This document shows, in pieces, positions 16,562-28,632 of a stretch of DNA of 64,000 nucleotides. The position numbers and the translations under genes are program-made. How positions within the stretch are numbered: the stretch's first letter is position 1; the number at the start of each line of letters is the position of its first letter. This stretch comes from Novakomyces olei (lineage: Eukaryota). The notes under the pieces were generated by a model. The model searched no databases, had not been told where the DNA came from, and saw nothing but the letters and a program-made list of their open reading frames with translations. The stretch lies in NCBI GenBank assembly GCA_016906335.1, contig JADEYG010000009.1, positions 558,001 to 622,000 of the forward strand, written 5' to 3'.

Positions 16562-17119
16562 AACTGCCAGCCGGTTCTTACCGGTTATTTTATGGCAACG
16601 CGGGTAGCCGCGTGTTCCGCTCTCTATTATATATTTCGTTTATGAAGGGGTCGGCGTTATGGTGGAGGCACGAGTGTCTATTGATTATTTTAATACGAGT
16701 TCGTTTATCTTAGTTTTCTTTGCAAAGAGGCTCTTTTATTTATTTTTTCATTTTTTTTGAGGGAAATTTGCTGTGTGACCAAACGTGTGCTACACTTGTT
16801 GATATCGTTTTCACTTTGAACGTTTCGAAAAACGAAGCAGAGATATCATGGATTATGTCTCTCTTTGTTGCGTTGCTATTGTTCCGTATCCTTTGGATCC
16901 TTTGGAAAGCTTGCAGAGGACGCGAAGTGAGACGAGCCAATCAAATTAACGCGCTCAAAAGCCGCAAAATGAACAGAGTCGTTAGGCAGTGGGAGCACAT
17001 CAAGACCGCCAAGTGGCGCAGGCCGCTTTCTGGCGACTAAGTGCTGGTTCTTTGTTTTACTCCTTATTTATATACTTATTTATGTGATCTTTTATGTTTT
17101 TGTTTGTTTGTTCGTTAAT

Positions 17120-17122
<3 letters not shown>

Positions 17123-17164
<42 letters not shown>
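17123..17164. repeat. (GATT)n microsatellite
   Basis: About ten tandem GATT units. Confidence 0.9.
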
Positions 17165-17166
<2 letters not shown>

Positions 17167-17677
17167 TTTTTTTATCTTTATGCTCGTTTGCGACTATGAC
17201 ACGATGGTTCTCGGGTTCCCATATCAATTTTGATCTGGATATAGTTTATTTTTCCGCAAACTTTAGCGAAGGAGGGGTTGGAGGCAATGAAGGTTTGATT
17301 GGCGAATATCTGTGTATTTTTCCCTTTTTTTCCTCTCTTTCCTTGCTTAATAGCTGTCAATTCAATGGAAATTTAAAACAGAACAATTCGTGCAGAGCGT
17401 CGTAGCGTTGGAGCAATTGCGTGTAGCTAGAGTATCATTTTACAGACGCACGTGAAATTAAAGGCCAAAGGTGAAGAGAATCTTATATTGCACATGGTGC
17501 TATTATCGACAATACCTCTACGAGGGCCCACTGTACTGTCACAAAGTTTCCACGACGAAATGATATTTGTAGATCTGTGTCTGTTTTGCATTAATAGTGC
17601 GTTACGGCTACCAATATTAATGAAGCCAGAGACATAGGCAAACTATGAGTATGCGAAGGCCTTGGCCAATAATAAAC

Positions 17678-18255
17678 CTAAAAGCTCCCGCCCAGCTGTT
17701 CCAACACTGCCTCAATAATATCGCCGTCTTCGAGTCCGACCTGGATTTCGGTTAGTACACTAAATTGCGTTAAAGCTTACATCATTGGGGGTTTGATTTC
17801 CGCGCAAACGTTCACCGTCCACAAGGAAGCGCATAGCTCGTAAATCTTTTGCCTGTTTGTCGCAATACGCAGTCATAAGCTTGCTAAATTGCGTAGTTCG
17901 TTTGATCTTGAAAAAGACTTCTTGACCCTCCTATATAAACGCAAAACGAAAGAAAAGACGCTCCGTTAGCCCTGGCTAATTACTACTTTATATGAATAAA
18001 CTCACTTGATCGACAACCTGAAAGCACGTTAGCTGTGAGCTAGAAGGCAGCGCAAATAGCAAACATCTTTTCCAACAAGGCGCAGGCGCAAATACACGTA
18101 TATTCTTGCTTCCCTGGCGGCACTCTTTGATCTTTTCTGGGGCTAAAACTTACTTTAAGATTTATATGTTGCACATTAGGCTTTTTGTCGTCAGCCGTAG
18201 GAGGCGGAACACTGCCGTTGCCCTCATTAGACGCATTTGAAGGCTGCTCCGACAT
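17678..18255 (-). CDS. SMT3: SUMO; four exons including a 12-nt microexon (18006-18017)
   Basis: HINLK|VVDQ|EGQEVFFKIKRTTQFSKLMTAYC...RFLVDGER...|GLEDGDIIEAVLEQLGG-SF. Confidence 0.95.
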
Positions 18256-19326
18256 GACTGAAGCGAGTTGATCTGCCGTCGGTACAGTAGTAGCTGACGG
18301 ATACTGTGATTATTATCGGTTGTCCATATAATTATTATTATGTAGTCTACGAATTATCCACACTACCCACTTTTATTCCAATACTTTAGTATTGTTTCTG
18401 AGTCGTCTCTGTAAATTAAGGTCCTGCGAAATTTTGGGATTTTCGTACGACGCGGGTTCTATACTGGACGCAATGAGAAATGTATGATACTGCTTTTTCA
18501 AGCACAGAAACGCAAACTAGTAAGCTTAATATCTGACGTGTTTTTATGGGCTCCCATTCCATATTTGCTTGGGTTTATTTAGACCGGGTCGAATCGATAC
18601 CGGCTACAATAATGAATTTTGTAATGGCGAGCATAAATAAAATTTGATTAAACGGACTAAAAAGCTTAGAGGAGAGTGAGCGACAGGCTACGCAAACCCC
18701 TTCCAAAATCACTTACAAAGCTCACGAAGGATATGTAAAAAGCATTGCTAAATAAATCTATTTTAAACCCTGATGAAAAGAGATTATCTTGCGAAGAAAT
18801 TGATTCGTCTTGTCCGTCCACGACCAGCGACAAAAAAGCGTTGCTTCTATCCAATTGGTCAATGAACGGTTGGCTAAAGCCGTTTCCCTCTGTGATCCGC
18901 TGAGCACGAGCAGTTGACAGCTGCTAAATCACAAAGCACAGGAGAAGGTAGTTTGCCCGAGGACAAGCAGCTTTGCGCGTGACTCTATAAAGCGGTCAGT
19001 GAGGTTTTCGTGTAGGAATTTCGAGTTTTATACGGCGAGCAGGCAACATTACTTGCGTAGTAACAATTAGGATGACAATAGTTTTTTATTGTAGAACGAC
19101 TAAGCAGCCAGTAATTCTGTGTGCAGTCGGCTGCATATAATATTAATTTATATTTAATATTAATTATGTTTAATATTAATTATGTTTAATATTAATTTAT
19201 ATTGAAAAACTCGGGTGCCATCAATTTTGGTGCTAAAAAGGATCGCATACTCCTTTGGCACTGGACCGACGTACAGACAGTAAGCTTGCAGCAATAAGCT
19301 GGTCGGTCGATCTCTAACGGGTTAAA

Positions 19327-21356
19327 ATGACGGCTTTAGCCGCCAATGGTGCGGATGTACAGGCAGCACAAAATGGAGGGAGCGGTACGAAACCCAAACT
19401 AATAAAGTCACGAAACGCTGTGCGCAGAGAGAAAAAAAAGCTGCAAAAGCAACGGGCTGGAAATGGAGAAGGGAGAAATGGTGAGCATCAGCAGCCCGAC
19501 GGAACGCGTACACTTGAAACCGAGATCGATCGGGCTGAGGATGGTCAGCAGCCAAACCCAGCAGATACAAGCACTTCTATCCTCGATACTATCGGAGCTG
19601 GGATAGATGAATCAGATCCGGCTTTTTTACAGTATACCAAGGTCTTTTCCGCTTTCAAAAACGAAGATAGTGTACGTGGCACCATACTTTTTATTATTTT
19701 TCCTCCATTATTACGTGGACAGATCTATTAACAGAACATAGGAGGTGAATCGGGTACAAGAAGAACGAGGCCAAATCATGTTCTCAGACGACGAGGGCCC
19801 AGACGAGGAGGAGGAGGAGGAACAAGAGGCAAAAATGTTGAGCCGTGCAAAATCTAGGAGGGCTAATCGTATATCTGTAGCGGAGCTGAAACAAAAGGTT
19901 TCAAGACCCGATCTTGTCGAGGTATGCGTATAGCGTTTACTACGGTTTTTTTTTACAAATATATTACTCTTATTATTTTTATTTCGTTCGGCGTGAAGCT
20001 GATTCTTTGAAACGGTTTTCCTTCAATCGATTTATTAATCTATCGATCTATCGATCTTTCTCTTGTCTAACCAATTAGTGGTACGACTGTGCTTCCCCAG
20101 ATCCCTTGTTGCTATTGCTCTTAAAAGCTGCAAAGTCTTCTGTACCCGTGCCCGAGCACTGGTCTCACAAAAAAGGCTACCTTCAAAACAAGCGTGCCTT
20201 GGAGAAATTACCGTTTGAGCTTCCACACTTTATTCGTGCCACAGGCATTATGGAAATGCGTAACGCAGTGCACGATAGAGAAGCCGACCAGAATCTACGG
20301 TCGCAAATGCGTGAACGCGTGCGGCCGCGGATGGGAAAATTAGATATCGATTATCAAAAGCTGCACGATGCCTTTTTCCGGTTCCAGACAAAGCCACACT
20401 TGAGCAAGTTTGGTGATGTTTACCACGAAGGCCGAGAACACGAATCAGATGTACGAGACCGGCGACCCGGAGATCTTTCCATAGAGCTCATTGAGGCTCT
20501 AAACATCCCACCGGGAGCACCCCCACCTTACTTGATGAACATGCAAAGGTTCGGCCCCCCACCAAGTTATCCAGGCCTTCGGATTCCCGGGTTAAATGCT
20601 CCGATTCCTCAGGGAGCACAGTGGGGCTACCATCCGGGTGGCTGGGGAAAACCTCCAGTTGACTCGTACAATCGCCCCTTGTACGGAGACGTTTTTGGTG
20701 TTTTACAGCAAAAACAGCAGCAGCAAAGGCAGCAAATGCAGATCAACGTTGAGCCTGTAGAAAGGACACTGTGGGCCGAGTTTGAGCCTACTCTTGAAGA
20801 GGAAGAGGAAGAAGAGGAGGAGGAGGAGGAACAAGAAGAGGAACAAGAAGCTGAAGAACAAGAGACTGAAGAGCAAGAAGGCTTAGGAACAGATCTGCGC
20901 GGAATTCCCTCTGCAGGAGAAGCACAATCAGGATTCACATCGACTTTGCCTGCTGGAATTAAAACCCCAGAGCATATAGAACTGCGTAAACGAACAGACG
21001 CAGAGGACAATGACGCCGGCCGTAATTTGTACGAAGTTCTGCCCGAAAGATCTCGTCCTGTTCAAGGCTTTATGGGCAGTCAGTACGGGTACGATTTGTC
21101 TGCTGCTAATGGTGTTTTGGGACAAGAAGACCGCAAACGCAAATCTGGCCAGGATGTGACGGTGTCCATTGATCCAGACAAGCTAGATGGAGCAAGTAAG
21201 GAAGAGTTAGCTGCTCAGTATGACGAAGAGCGTCGGCGGGCGGCGAATAAACATTGGGATAATGATTTGAGTGATATGGTCGCAGAACAGGCGGCTGCTG
21301 CTTCAAGAAAACGGCAGAAACAAGAGCGAGGGCCAAAGGAGAAGTTTCGCTTTTAG
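19327..21356 (+). CDS. CUS1: Splicing factor 3B subunit 2 (Cus1/Sap145); multi-exon
   Basis: VPVPEHWSHKKGYL, FELPHFIRATGI, DIDYQKLHDAFF, PPPYLMNMQRFGPPPSYP, GGWGKPP, and C-terminal KFRF. Confidence 0.95.
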
Positions 21357-21670
21357 CAGCATGTACATAGCATTATCGATATTTGTGAAAGAGTTTTCCA
21401 CGATTAGAATTTTAATCGTACGCCATACTGTATATCAGATTCGAGGCCTTTTAAGGATAGATCTACGCCACCATCAACCAAGTCGGCATCGTACATATTA
21501 AATCTGATTATCTGTTTCATTGATTATAATTTGTTCAGTTGTTTTGTTTTCTCTCTATTTTTTGTGTTCAATTTCTAAATTTGTGATCAATCAGTTTAAA
21601 TTTGTTTAAAAAGTTGCTTATGCTTCAAATATCGTATTCGCCATGCCAACCGTGCTCGTAATTGTAACCC

Positions 21671-22306
21671 CTATTTACTGCCTGCCAGCCACTTGGCCGC
21701 ATCAAAATTCTGCAAGCCCGCCAATGGATTGTCCTGGGGCTGCTGCCTCTGCCGATACTCCTCCATTACCTCAGGATCTAATTGTGTGAATAATAAAAAT
21801 TAAATCAAGCTCTTACCTATATTCGCCGACAGTTTCGGCATCACGACAAGCATGAAAAGCGTCGCCAACGACATCAAGACCATTGGATTTTTCAGCAATC
21901 CTATAGGATTGAATGACTCGCGCTCCGTATAGTATGAAACAGACCCGGACGAGACTAATCGTATGGGGTACGGACGCCTATTACCGCTGGCCGCCCAAGG
22001 CTTGTCCGCACTTGTGCTGAAGACCTGAACTTCATTACCCGCTACAACGCGAAGCAAAGGGAAATTATGGAACCGCGAATTGACCTGCAGCACATATTCG
22101 CCGTCGGGAACGTTGTCCAGTTCAAAGTGGCCGTTTGCACGTACATTCGCCAACAATTCGATTCCGGGTCCGAGTAGACTGACTGTAGAATCTGGTGATG
22201 TTTGCAGTTCAAAAGAGGACTCAATTGAGCCCGTAATCGTGTGAGCAGCGGCAAAGCTGGCAAGCAGCGCCCACAAAAGCATTGCAGTCCGGCTAACAGC
22301 GTACAT
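21671..22306 (-). CDS. EMC7: ER membrane protein complex subunit 7 (DUF2012); one intron
   Basis: Signal peptide, GHFELDNVPDGEYVLQV, YYTERESFNPIGLLKNPMVLM TM segment, second exon DPEVMEEY...FDAAKWLAG. Confidence 0.85.
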
Positions 22307-22540
22307 GTGGTATTATATAATTAATTATGTTTTCCTCCTATACATATTATTATGTCTATGATCCAGGACTTGTAACAATTAAACGTGGTTTAGAGAGCTA
22401 ATTTAAAACTAGTTATATAAGCAAGGCAATCTATCAGCCACTGTTGAACAGGCCGGAAACGTGTTTGACACGCGCTGGTGTGGAGAAACCTGTTGAATGG
22501 CAATGTTTTACTCGACAGTACTGACGGGGCTATAATTAAT

Positions 22541-22542
<2 letters not shown>

Positions 22543-22577
<35 letters not shown>

Positions 22578-22597
22578 TATTATTATTATTATTATTA
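22543..22597. repeat. Inverted (AAT)n/(TAT)n tract
   Basis: AAT run followed directly by its complement, capable of hairpin/cruciform formation. Confidence 0.85.
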
Positions 22598-22647
22598 CTG
22601 GTTTATAGTTATATACTGGCACAATATACGACGCGAGCAAAAATACT

Positions 22648-22712
22648 AAGTCACAAGTAATAATCTTCTTGTGTTACTGCTATAGGGTTAGGGCAAGAAA
22701 AAGGTATAAATA
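22648..22712 (+). promoter_or_regulatory. U3 promoter: Homol-D-like boxes, TAGGGTTAGGG, TATA box
   Basis: AAGTCACA and TGTTACTG (each one mismatch to Homol D), TAGGGTTAGGG at 22683-22693, and TATAAATA about 30 nt before U3. Confidence 0.6.
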
Positions 22713-22742
22713 GGACGTGGCCCCGCGCCCTCAGATTTCTCT

Positions 22743-22986
22743 ACGACGATACTCCTAAGAATCATTTCTATAGGAAACGTCCAGAGTTTGGTTTCCCAAC
22801 CGAGCTTCAGTAACTCAACGTGGATGATGAGCAGAGACATCGCCATTCTTTACGAGTGAGACCGTTGTTAAAACATTTTTCTATTACTGGCTGTGTCTTT
22901 GACGCAACCGGTACCGATGACCTCTGGCCGCTAATCTTGCTCTTTGAGCGGATTTCCGGTAGGATGGACGATGTGCTCTGACGCGT
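22743..22986 (+). ncRNA. U3: U3 snoRNA (intronless)
   Basis: GAC box and boxes A'/A (ACGACGATACTCCTAAGAATCATTTCTATAGG), box C' GGATGATGA, box B GAGTGAG, box C CGATGA, box D CTGA with terminal stem AACGTG/CGCGTT; closely resembles S. pombe U3. Confidence 0.93.
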
Positions 22987-23237
22987 TACACTATCTTTCG
23001 ATTATGATACTGGTTTGTGCATAGTTACTAAATAATATTTGGTTTTTGTACTATTTCTTGGTTGCACACGTAAAATTTTGGCAATTTTGTAGAAAGCTGT
23101 AAATTTTGAAGGGTTTGAATTAATGTAGAAATGTCGTTTGCTTGTAGTTTTATCAGATTGATGAATAGCAGATTTTACGCAACGCTGATTTTGCTGGAAT
23201 TTTGCTTTACATTGCTATGCCATAAACGTTAGGCTTT

Positions 23238-24533
23238 ATGGGCTGGCGCAATTATGGTAGACAGGCATTGTATGGCACATCGGCCGTAAAGTCTGCTTTA
23301 CAAAGCAAATTTCGGAGACCTACACGTCTCTTATACTATGGCCGGCCCGCCGAACTAGAGTAAGAGCTACAAAAAAAAGTTTCAAGACTAACTTCGTAAG
23401 GGGGCTCGAGAGCCTGGCGCACGATGTCAGAGTGCCAGTACAAGCAGTGGAAGAACGGAAAATCCTTGATCGTCTCAGCCAAGACCGGCCGCATAACGTA
23501 ATAATCAATGCTAAATTCACAGCTGACAAAAAACAGAATGTTGTTCTCGAGACTGAACCTTTACCTCTACGTTTAATCAGTCATATCGAGTACGATGGGC
23601 AAGATTTATGCTTTTTTGACAGGCGCAAACGCACGCCCACGCCTTATACTGGGGCAGCGCAAGGTGCGCCTCTTATTGTGGCCCTCGATGGAGTTCTCGA
23701 TCCAATGAATGGTATTCCTTGATTTTGCTGTTTATTTTAATGCTGTGGTCAGTCAATTAACTGTCTGGCTTCCAATTTATACAGTTTTATTTCTCCAAGT
23801 TTTTTGGTGGGCTGTGAGACCTTTTGGACTGATGGTTACTCTGGCCGAGACCAACTAATCTCCATTATCATTGCCTATCCTCCCTCATCGACTCTATAAG
23901 GCATTGGAAATCATTCAATGTCTGAAATGCTTTTCTTTAATTGTTTGTGCTAATTATATGACAGTGGGTAATATTATCCGTACTAGCGTAAGATAATATT
24001 CGCAAACTCTTTTAACGAAATAGTACGCCTGTGGTGCAAGCGCAGTTATACTGACGCTAGCCAAAAGGTACGAGTAAAAGTGTTGTCAAACTCGCATTTC
24101 TTATCATTTCTCTAGCCCGCCTCTTGGCCCAGTAACGGCCAAAGCTTCCTCTGGAGCATTAGATCAAATTGACGTTTTCCACGTACGTTCGGTGCGCAGT
24201 TTTCTGGGCGACAGTACAAAGAACGAAGCCTTCCGTGTCGTTGCGACCGGTGTGGAATTGGGGACGGGTACCGTGATTTCTTTAGGGCCTCGTATAACAC
24301 GAAAAGAGGAGTCGCTAGTGAGCGACCTGCTCTCGCAGCCAAGAATTATCTATTTTGGTAGCGAGGGCGACGGTTTAAGGCCTGCAATTACTGCTTTTGC
24401 GGACACGGCGGTTAATATTCAGCAGCATCCAGCGGCCTATCCTCTTGTGAGCTCATTGAACGTTGCCAGTGCAGCAGCTATTATTCTTTCTCGACTGGGC
24501 AATCTACCAAAGCCGGGCGCTATAAAACCGTAA
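23238..24533 (+). CDS. MRM1: Mitochondrial rRNA methyltransferase 1 (SpoU/TrmH family); multi-exon
   Basis: LYGTSAVKSAL, LDRLSQDRPHN|NVVLETEPLP, LDGVLDPMN, FGSEGDGLR, SSLNVASAAAI; true start uncertain. Confidence 0.85.
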
Positions 24534-25262
24534 AAGGAGGAGAATGTCAGCATAAGCATCACTCTTTTGAAAAAACAATAGAAATAAATAAATTCAATTA
24601 ATTAAGCAAGCCTACATTTTCCTGGTCGCACGGGCCGCGTTATCTGGCGGCGCGTTTCGATAAGAGTAATTTTATAAAATAAAATATTTGTTCAAAATTC
24701 TGGTCAATTAATACCAATCCCTCTCGACAAGCATATCCAAAATTGACAGCAAGATTCATGTACCGAAAACCCGTGCCGTAATAAAAGTAATCTAACCGCC
24801 GGCCCTGAAAAGGTCCGGTGATTAAATAATCGCAACAGATCTAATGGAGAAGTAGTAAACCGTGACAGGCGACACAAGCGAGACAGGCAAAACGATGTGT
24901 ACGGCAACAAGGCGCAAATTAAGTGATGTCGAGCAATCGTTTCCCTTAATGCTACTTCCCATATAAACAGGTCCGTATATTGTAACTTTGCCATTTCACG
25001 ATTGGCGTGAATATCGTCATAACATGCAGCGAGATCTATTATTGGCTGGTCCATCACCCTTGTTATTCCCGAATTAATTATCTTGTATAAACTGTATTAA
25101 CTGTATTAGGTAAAAAGTGGTGGACAGCTGTCAGTGTATCAATTTTCCGTCGCTAAGGTGTAATAAGGGGCGTGACAAAGCTTTAATTCCAATTTATTAC
25201 GGAGAAAGCAATAATATCGTAATTTTACTGTCATAATTATTACTGTAACAATTATTGTCTCG

Positions 25263-25365
25263 TAATAATTATTGCTATAATAATATATTGCTATAATAAT
25301 TATTGCTATAATAATTATTGCTATAATAATTATTGCTATAATAATTATTGCTATAATAATTATTG
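25263..25365. repeat. 15-bp minisatellite (ATTGCTATAATAATT)n
   Basis: About six copies, about 100 bp upstream of the 832-aa ORF. Confidence 0.9.
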
Positions 25366-25468
25366 GACCATTTACTATCGCTAAATACTGCAAAAGTCTC
25401 GTCCTAACGGCCTTGAGCAGCAGCACACCCATCCCTCTGACGGACTCAGCGGCCGATGCGAGAGGCAA

Positions 25469-27967
25469 ATGGATCCGCGAAGGCCGCGATATGTATCAGC
25501 GCGCACAGCCGCTGCTTTAGTGAATCGCGGTCTGGACGCTCAAGGAGGAGACGACAGCGGAAGTGCAAAAGATGAGGCCGACGTTTCGCCCTCTGCGCTG
25601 CTGGCGATAAACTCCTTCCTGGACTACTTTCTCTACGTCATATTAGAGGCGGCCAACAGTCTGGAGCTGACAAACGTGCAGGCCGTCGTGCTGACAGTCG
25701 TACCGGAGCGCCTAAGCCGCGAGATTCATCGCGAGGCAGAGGGCCAACTGTACGCGTCTGATCTCGATCGCTCGTGGCAGGACGAAGCCGAGCCGATTGC
25801 GCACAGGTGTGACGTCAGCTCTGCCTCCAGCGCCGGCGGACTGAAGCGGTACCGATGGTCCACGAGCTCAGCGCCCTCGCTGCGGCTCGATACTGCCGTA
25901 CAGGTAGACCGGGTTTTCTACTACCTGCGCGCCCAGTGCATGCTGTTTTCCCCGCTCGCCGATGTGGCGGCCCACGATATCGGAGTGTCTATGAGTGGGG
26001 GTCCAGGTGGGGGTACAGGTGGTACAAGTGGGGGTCCAAGTGGGGGTCCAAGTGGGGGTCCAAGTGGTGATCTTTCACCGCAAGAACGGGCAATGGTGAG
26101 CGTACCCCTGGTCGTGTACACCAGCACCGTGCTCGAGTACGTGGCCGAGCATATAATCCTGCTGGGCACATTTGCCCTGCAAATGCGGAGGGCCAGTGTG
26201 CTGCAGCTGCCGGATATCGACTATGCCATCTTCCAAGACGATGCTCTCAGTGAGCTCTGGTGCGGGTTTAAGGATTCCGTTGTCTCTGACACAATTGCGC
26301 CAGTGACGCCGACATCGGCAGTAAAAGAACGGGAATCGGTAGAGCCCTTTACCCCTACTGGAGCCAGTCAAAGCTTATTGGCCGGCCGGGACTTGGAGAT
26401 CGGCCACTACCTGCCACCGATCCAAGAGGCCGAGGATACCAGCATGGCTAACCCTAACCCTGACGGAGCGGCAAGCAGCCAGGCGCAGACAACATTTATC
26501 GATGCTGTTAGCTACCGTGGCGAAATCCAAAAGGAGGATTCGCCGCCTGCAACTGTTGCTGCCTCCGTCGATGAAATACGATCAGAAAAGAGGGAGAAAT
26601 CGGCTGAGCAGGAGGGGAAAAACATACGAGACAAAAGCAAACAAAGCTCGAGCTTAGCAGAGAGTGCGGCGAGCCGGTCAAATCACGATTTGAGCTCGAT
26701 GAGTACGAAACCCGACAGTGATCAAGGCACAGGGGGCACTTCTTCGCCTGTAAATAAAACAGAACAATCTCCCTCTGGCCATGATTCTAGTGCTCTTGCC
26801 AGTGACACTAGTTCTCCGAGCAGTTGTACCAGCAGCAAGTACTTTACCAGCGAGGACTTTGTGAGTCCAACGGAATCTGCCAAAGACAACTCTCCTTCTC
26901 CTTCTCCTTCGCCCTCTGCCCAAGATCTGTCCGCCGGAGCTCGCCATGGCCAGCTTATCCATGGCGAGGAGCCGGTGAAGCTACGGAAATTAAGCAGAGC
27001 CGAGGCCGCTCGTATTGTAGGCGTGCCCGAGGACGAGTTTGACGAGCGTTCATTGACCGCGGATTTTCGAAGGTCAGTTTTCCCTCTGTCTGGGTATCGT
27101 AACGGTATTCTTATACACGAACGGCGCAGTACAGTAGCGGATACGAGTATGGAACAGGCACTGCGTGAAGCAAAGCTGCTGACAGGCAAAAGCAGTGGGG
27201 CGGGCAGCACAAATTACGCCAAACTGAGCAATGAAAAGTGGGGGCCGCTAGTGGCCCCCACACGGAGGAAACAGGCAGCAGAGAGTCTTATTACTAAAAT
27301 GCGAGCTCGCCGACAGCATTACTTGGAGACACAGAAATTGCTTCCTCGGCATGCTCGAGTAGCGAGTGACGCGACTGCCAGTACGGACGAACTTGTCCGG
27401 TTCCTAAAAACGACCTCACCTCAGCAAGTCCGCGATTCATTGCTGGTTAATACCAATAAAAATAATAATAAAATAAACAACAAAATGGCTCCAATTGCAA
27501 ACATTGAGCCAAAGGAAGAGCCGATGGACGCGATTACTTCGACGCATGAACTAGCGGCCTTTTTACGTGAAACAGGTCCGCCTGATATTCCTTCAAACCA
27601 AGCTGTACGTGATAAGCGTCAGCCTTTTGCCCGTAAAGTGCGCAAAAGCAATCAGGATTGGTTTGCAAGGCTAGAGAGCTTGCGACAAAGGCATAAGGAC
27701 TCGAAAAAATCAAAAGGAAGGTCAGCAAAGTCTCGATTTGCAGGGAAATTTGGGGCTGAATCGAATGATTTACCAGACATTTTTAAAGCAAATTTCAATG
27801 ATTTGAACGAAGCAATTGCGACTTTTAAACTGGAGCAGGACGATGCGACGGCGAATGAGGTTCCGGAAAGATTGGAGCCCAGAATGGCGTCTTTAAAGCA
27901 GAAGAAGGCGCGTGGAGAGGGTGGTAATGACGAGCAGTCTCTACTCGAGTTTTTGCAGCTTAATTAG
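25469..27967 (+). CDS. Uncharacterised fungal protein with a probable N-terminal histone-fold-like region and low-complexity C-terminal half
   Basis: 832-aa intact ORF; ALLAINSFLDYFLYVIL and VYTSTVLEYVAEHIILLG resemble histone-fold helices; repeated STxELxxFL(K/R)xTxP motif. Confidence 0.75.
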   Translation: MDPRRPRYVSARTAAALVNRGLDAQGGDDSGSAKDEADVSPSALLAINSFLDYFLYVILEAANSLELTNVQAVVLTVVPERLSREIHREAEGQLYASDLDRSWQDEAEPIAHRCDVSSASSAGGLKRYRWSTSSAPSLRLDTAVQVDRVFYYLRAQCMLFSPLADVAAHDIGVSMSGGPGGGTGGTSGGPSGGPSGGPSGDLSPQERAMVSVPLVVYTSTVLEYVAEHIILLGTFALQMRRASVLQLPDIDYAIFQDDALSELWCGFKDSVVSDTIAPVTPTSAVKERESVEPFTPTGASQSLLAGRDLEIGHYLPPIQEAEDTSMANPNPDGAASSQAQTTFIDAVSYRGEIQKEDSPPATVAASVDEIRSEKREKSAEQEGKNIRDKSKQSSSLAESAASRSNHDLSSMSTKPDSDQGTGGTSSPVNKTEQSPSGHDSSALASDTSSPSSCTSSKYFTSEDFVSPTESAKDNSPSPSPSPSAQDLSAGARHGQLIHGEEPVKLRKLSRAEAARIVGVPEDEFDERSLTADFRRSVFPLSGYRNGILIHERRSTVADTSMEQALREAKLLTGKSSGAGSTNYAKLSNEKWGPLVAPTRRKQAAESLITKMRARRQHYLETQKLLPRHARVASDATASTDELVRFLKTTSPQQVRDSLLVNTNKNNNKINNKMAPIANIEPKEEPMDAITSTHELAAFLRETGPPDIPSNQAVRDKRQPFARKVRKSNQDWFARLESLRQRHKDSKKSKGRSAKSRFAGKFGAESNDLPDIFKANFNDLNEAIATFKLEQDDATANEVPERLEPRMASLKQKKARGEGGNDEQSLLEFLQLN

Positions 27968-28632
27968 GCGACTCATTTCACTGTATAATTATTATTCATT
28001 CATTTATTTATTTAACTACATATTGTTGTTTATTTATTTAATTCATCAGCGGCGATTTCATCATTGCTTGATACCACGTTTGGGTGCGAAATTCAGCCAG
28101 CTGCGTAAATGTTACATTAAACTTCAGCTAGATACGACAGTTATGAGAGACGAGATATGAGACACTATTATTATGACTTTTGATAGGCATAATAATAAAT
28201 TGTGCTGAAAATGAGCCTTTTAAAAGAATACTTCGCCAATATTTAGCCTGTAAAGTGTAGGCGCGACCTTCTGATTACATAATTTAATATTCGTTTATGC
28301 ATCGGCCAAAGCATTGTTTGAGCCGCCAACTAGACTGCTTTCCTTTTTTAAATACCTTTGTAAATGTTGCAGTCAAATGCTGCGTCAAACCTCTCGCTGG
28401 TGCATTCGCCTTCTGCAGGACGCCACTAATTTGTTCATGTGTGCCTAGGGTTTATCTCTGACATAATATAAAGAGACTATTAACCCTGACCCTAATCCCA
28501 AAACAATAACCCTAATATTTGTAGAGCATTTAGCGAATAAAAGGCTATTATATGAGTATTGAATTGAACTCAAATCACTTGCTCGTCGGCAGCATCGAGG
28601 TACACTGCAATGGTAATCTAGAGCCATTGGCA

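Noticed and set aside
16720-17040. Small hydrophobic/basic ORF downstream of ATG8
   Set aside because: No recognisable family and likely within the ATG8 3' UTR; cannot be supported without expression data.
22449-22470. CAGGCCGGAAACG resembling SRP RNA helix 8
   Set aside because: The 3' side does not pair and the conserved GCA motif is missing.
24704-25057. 117-aa minus-strand ORF
   Set aside because: No recognisable motif; could be a small gene, but unsupported.
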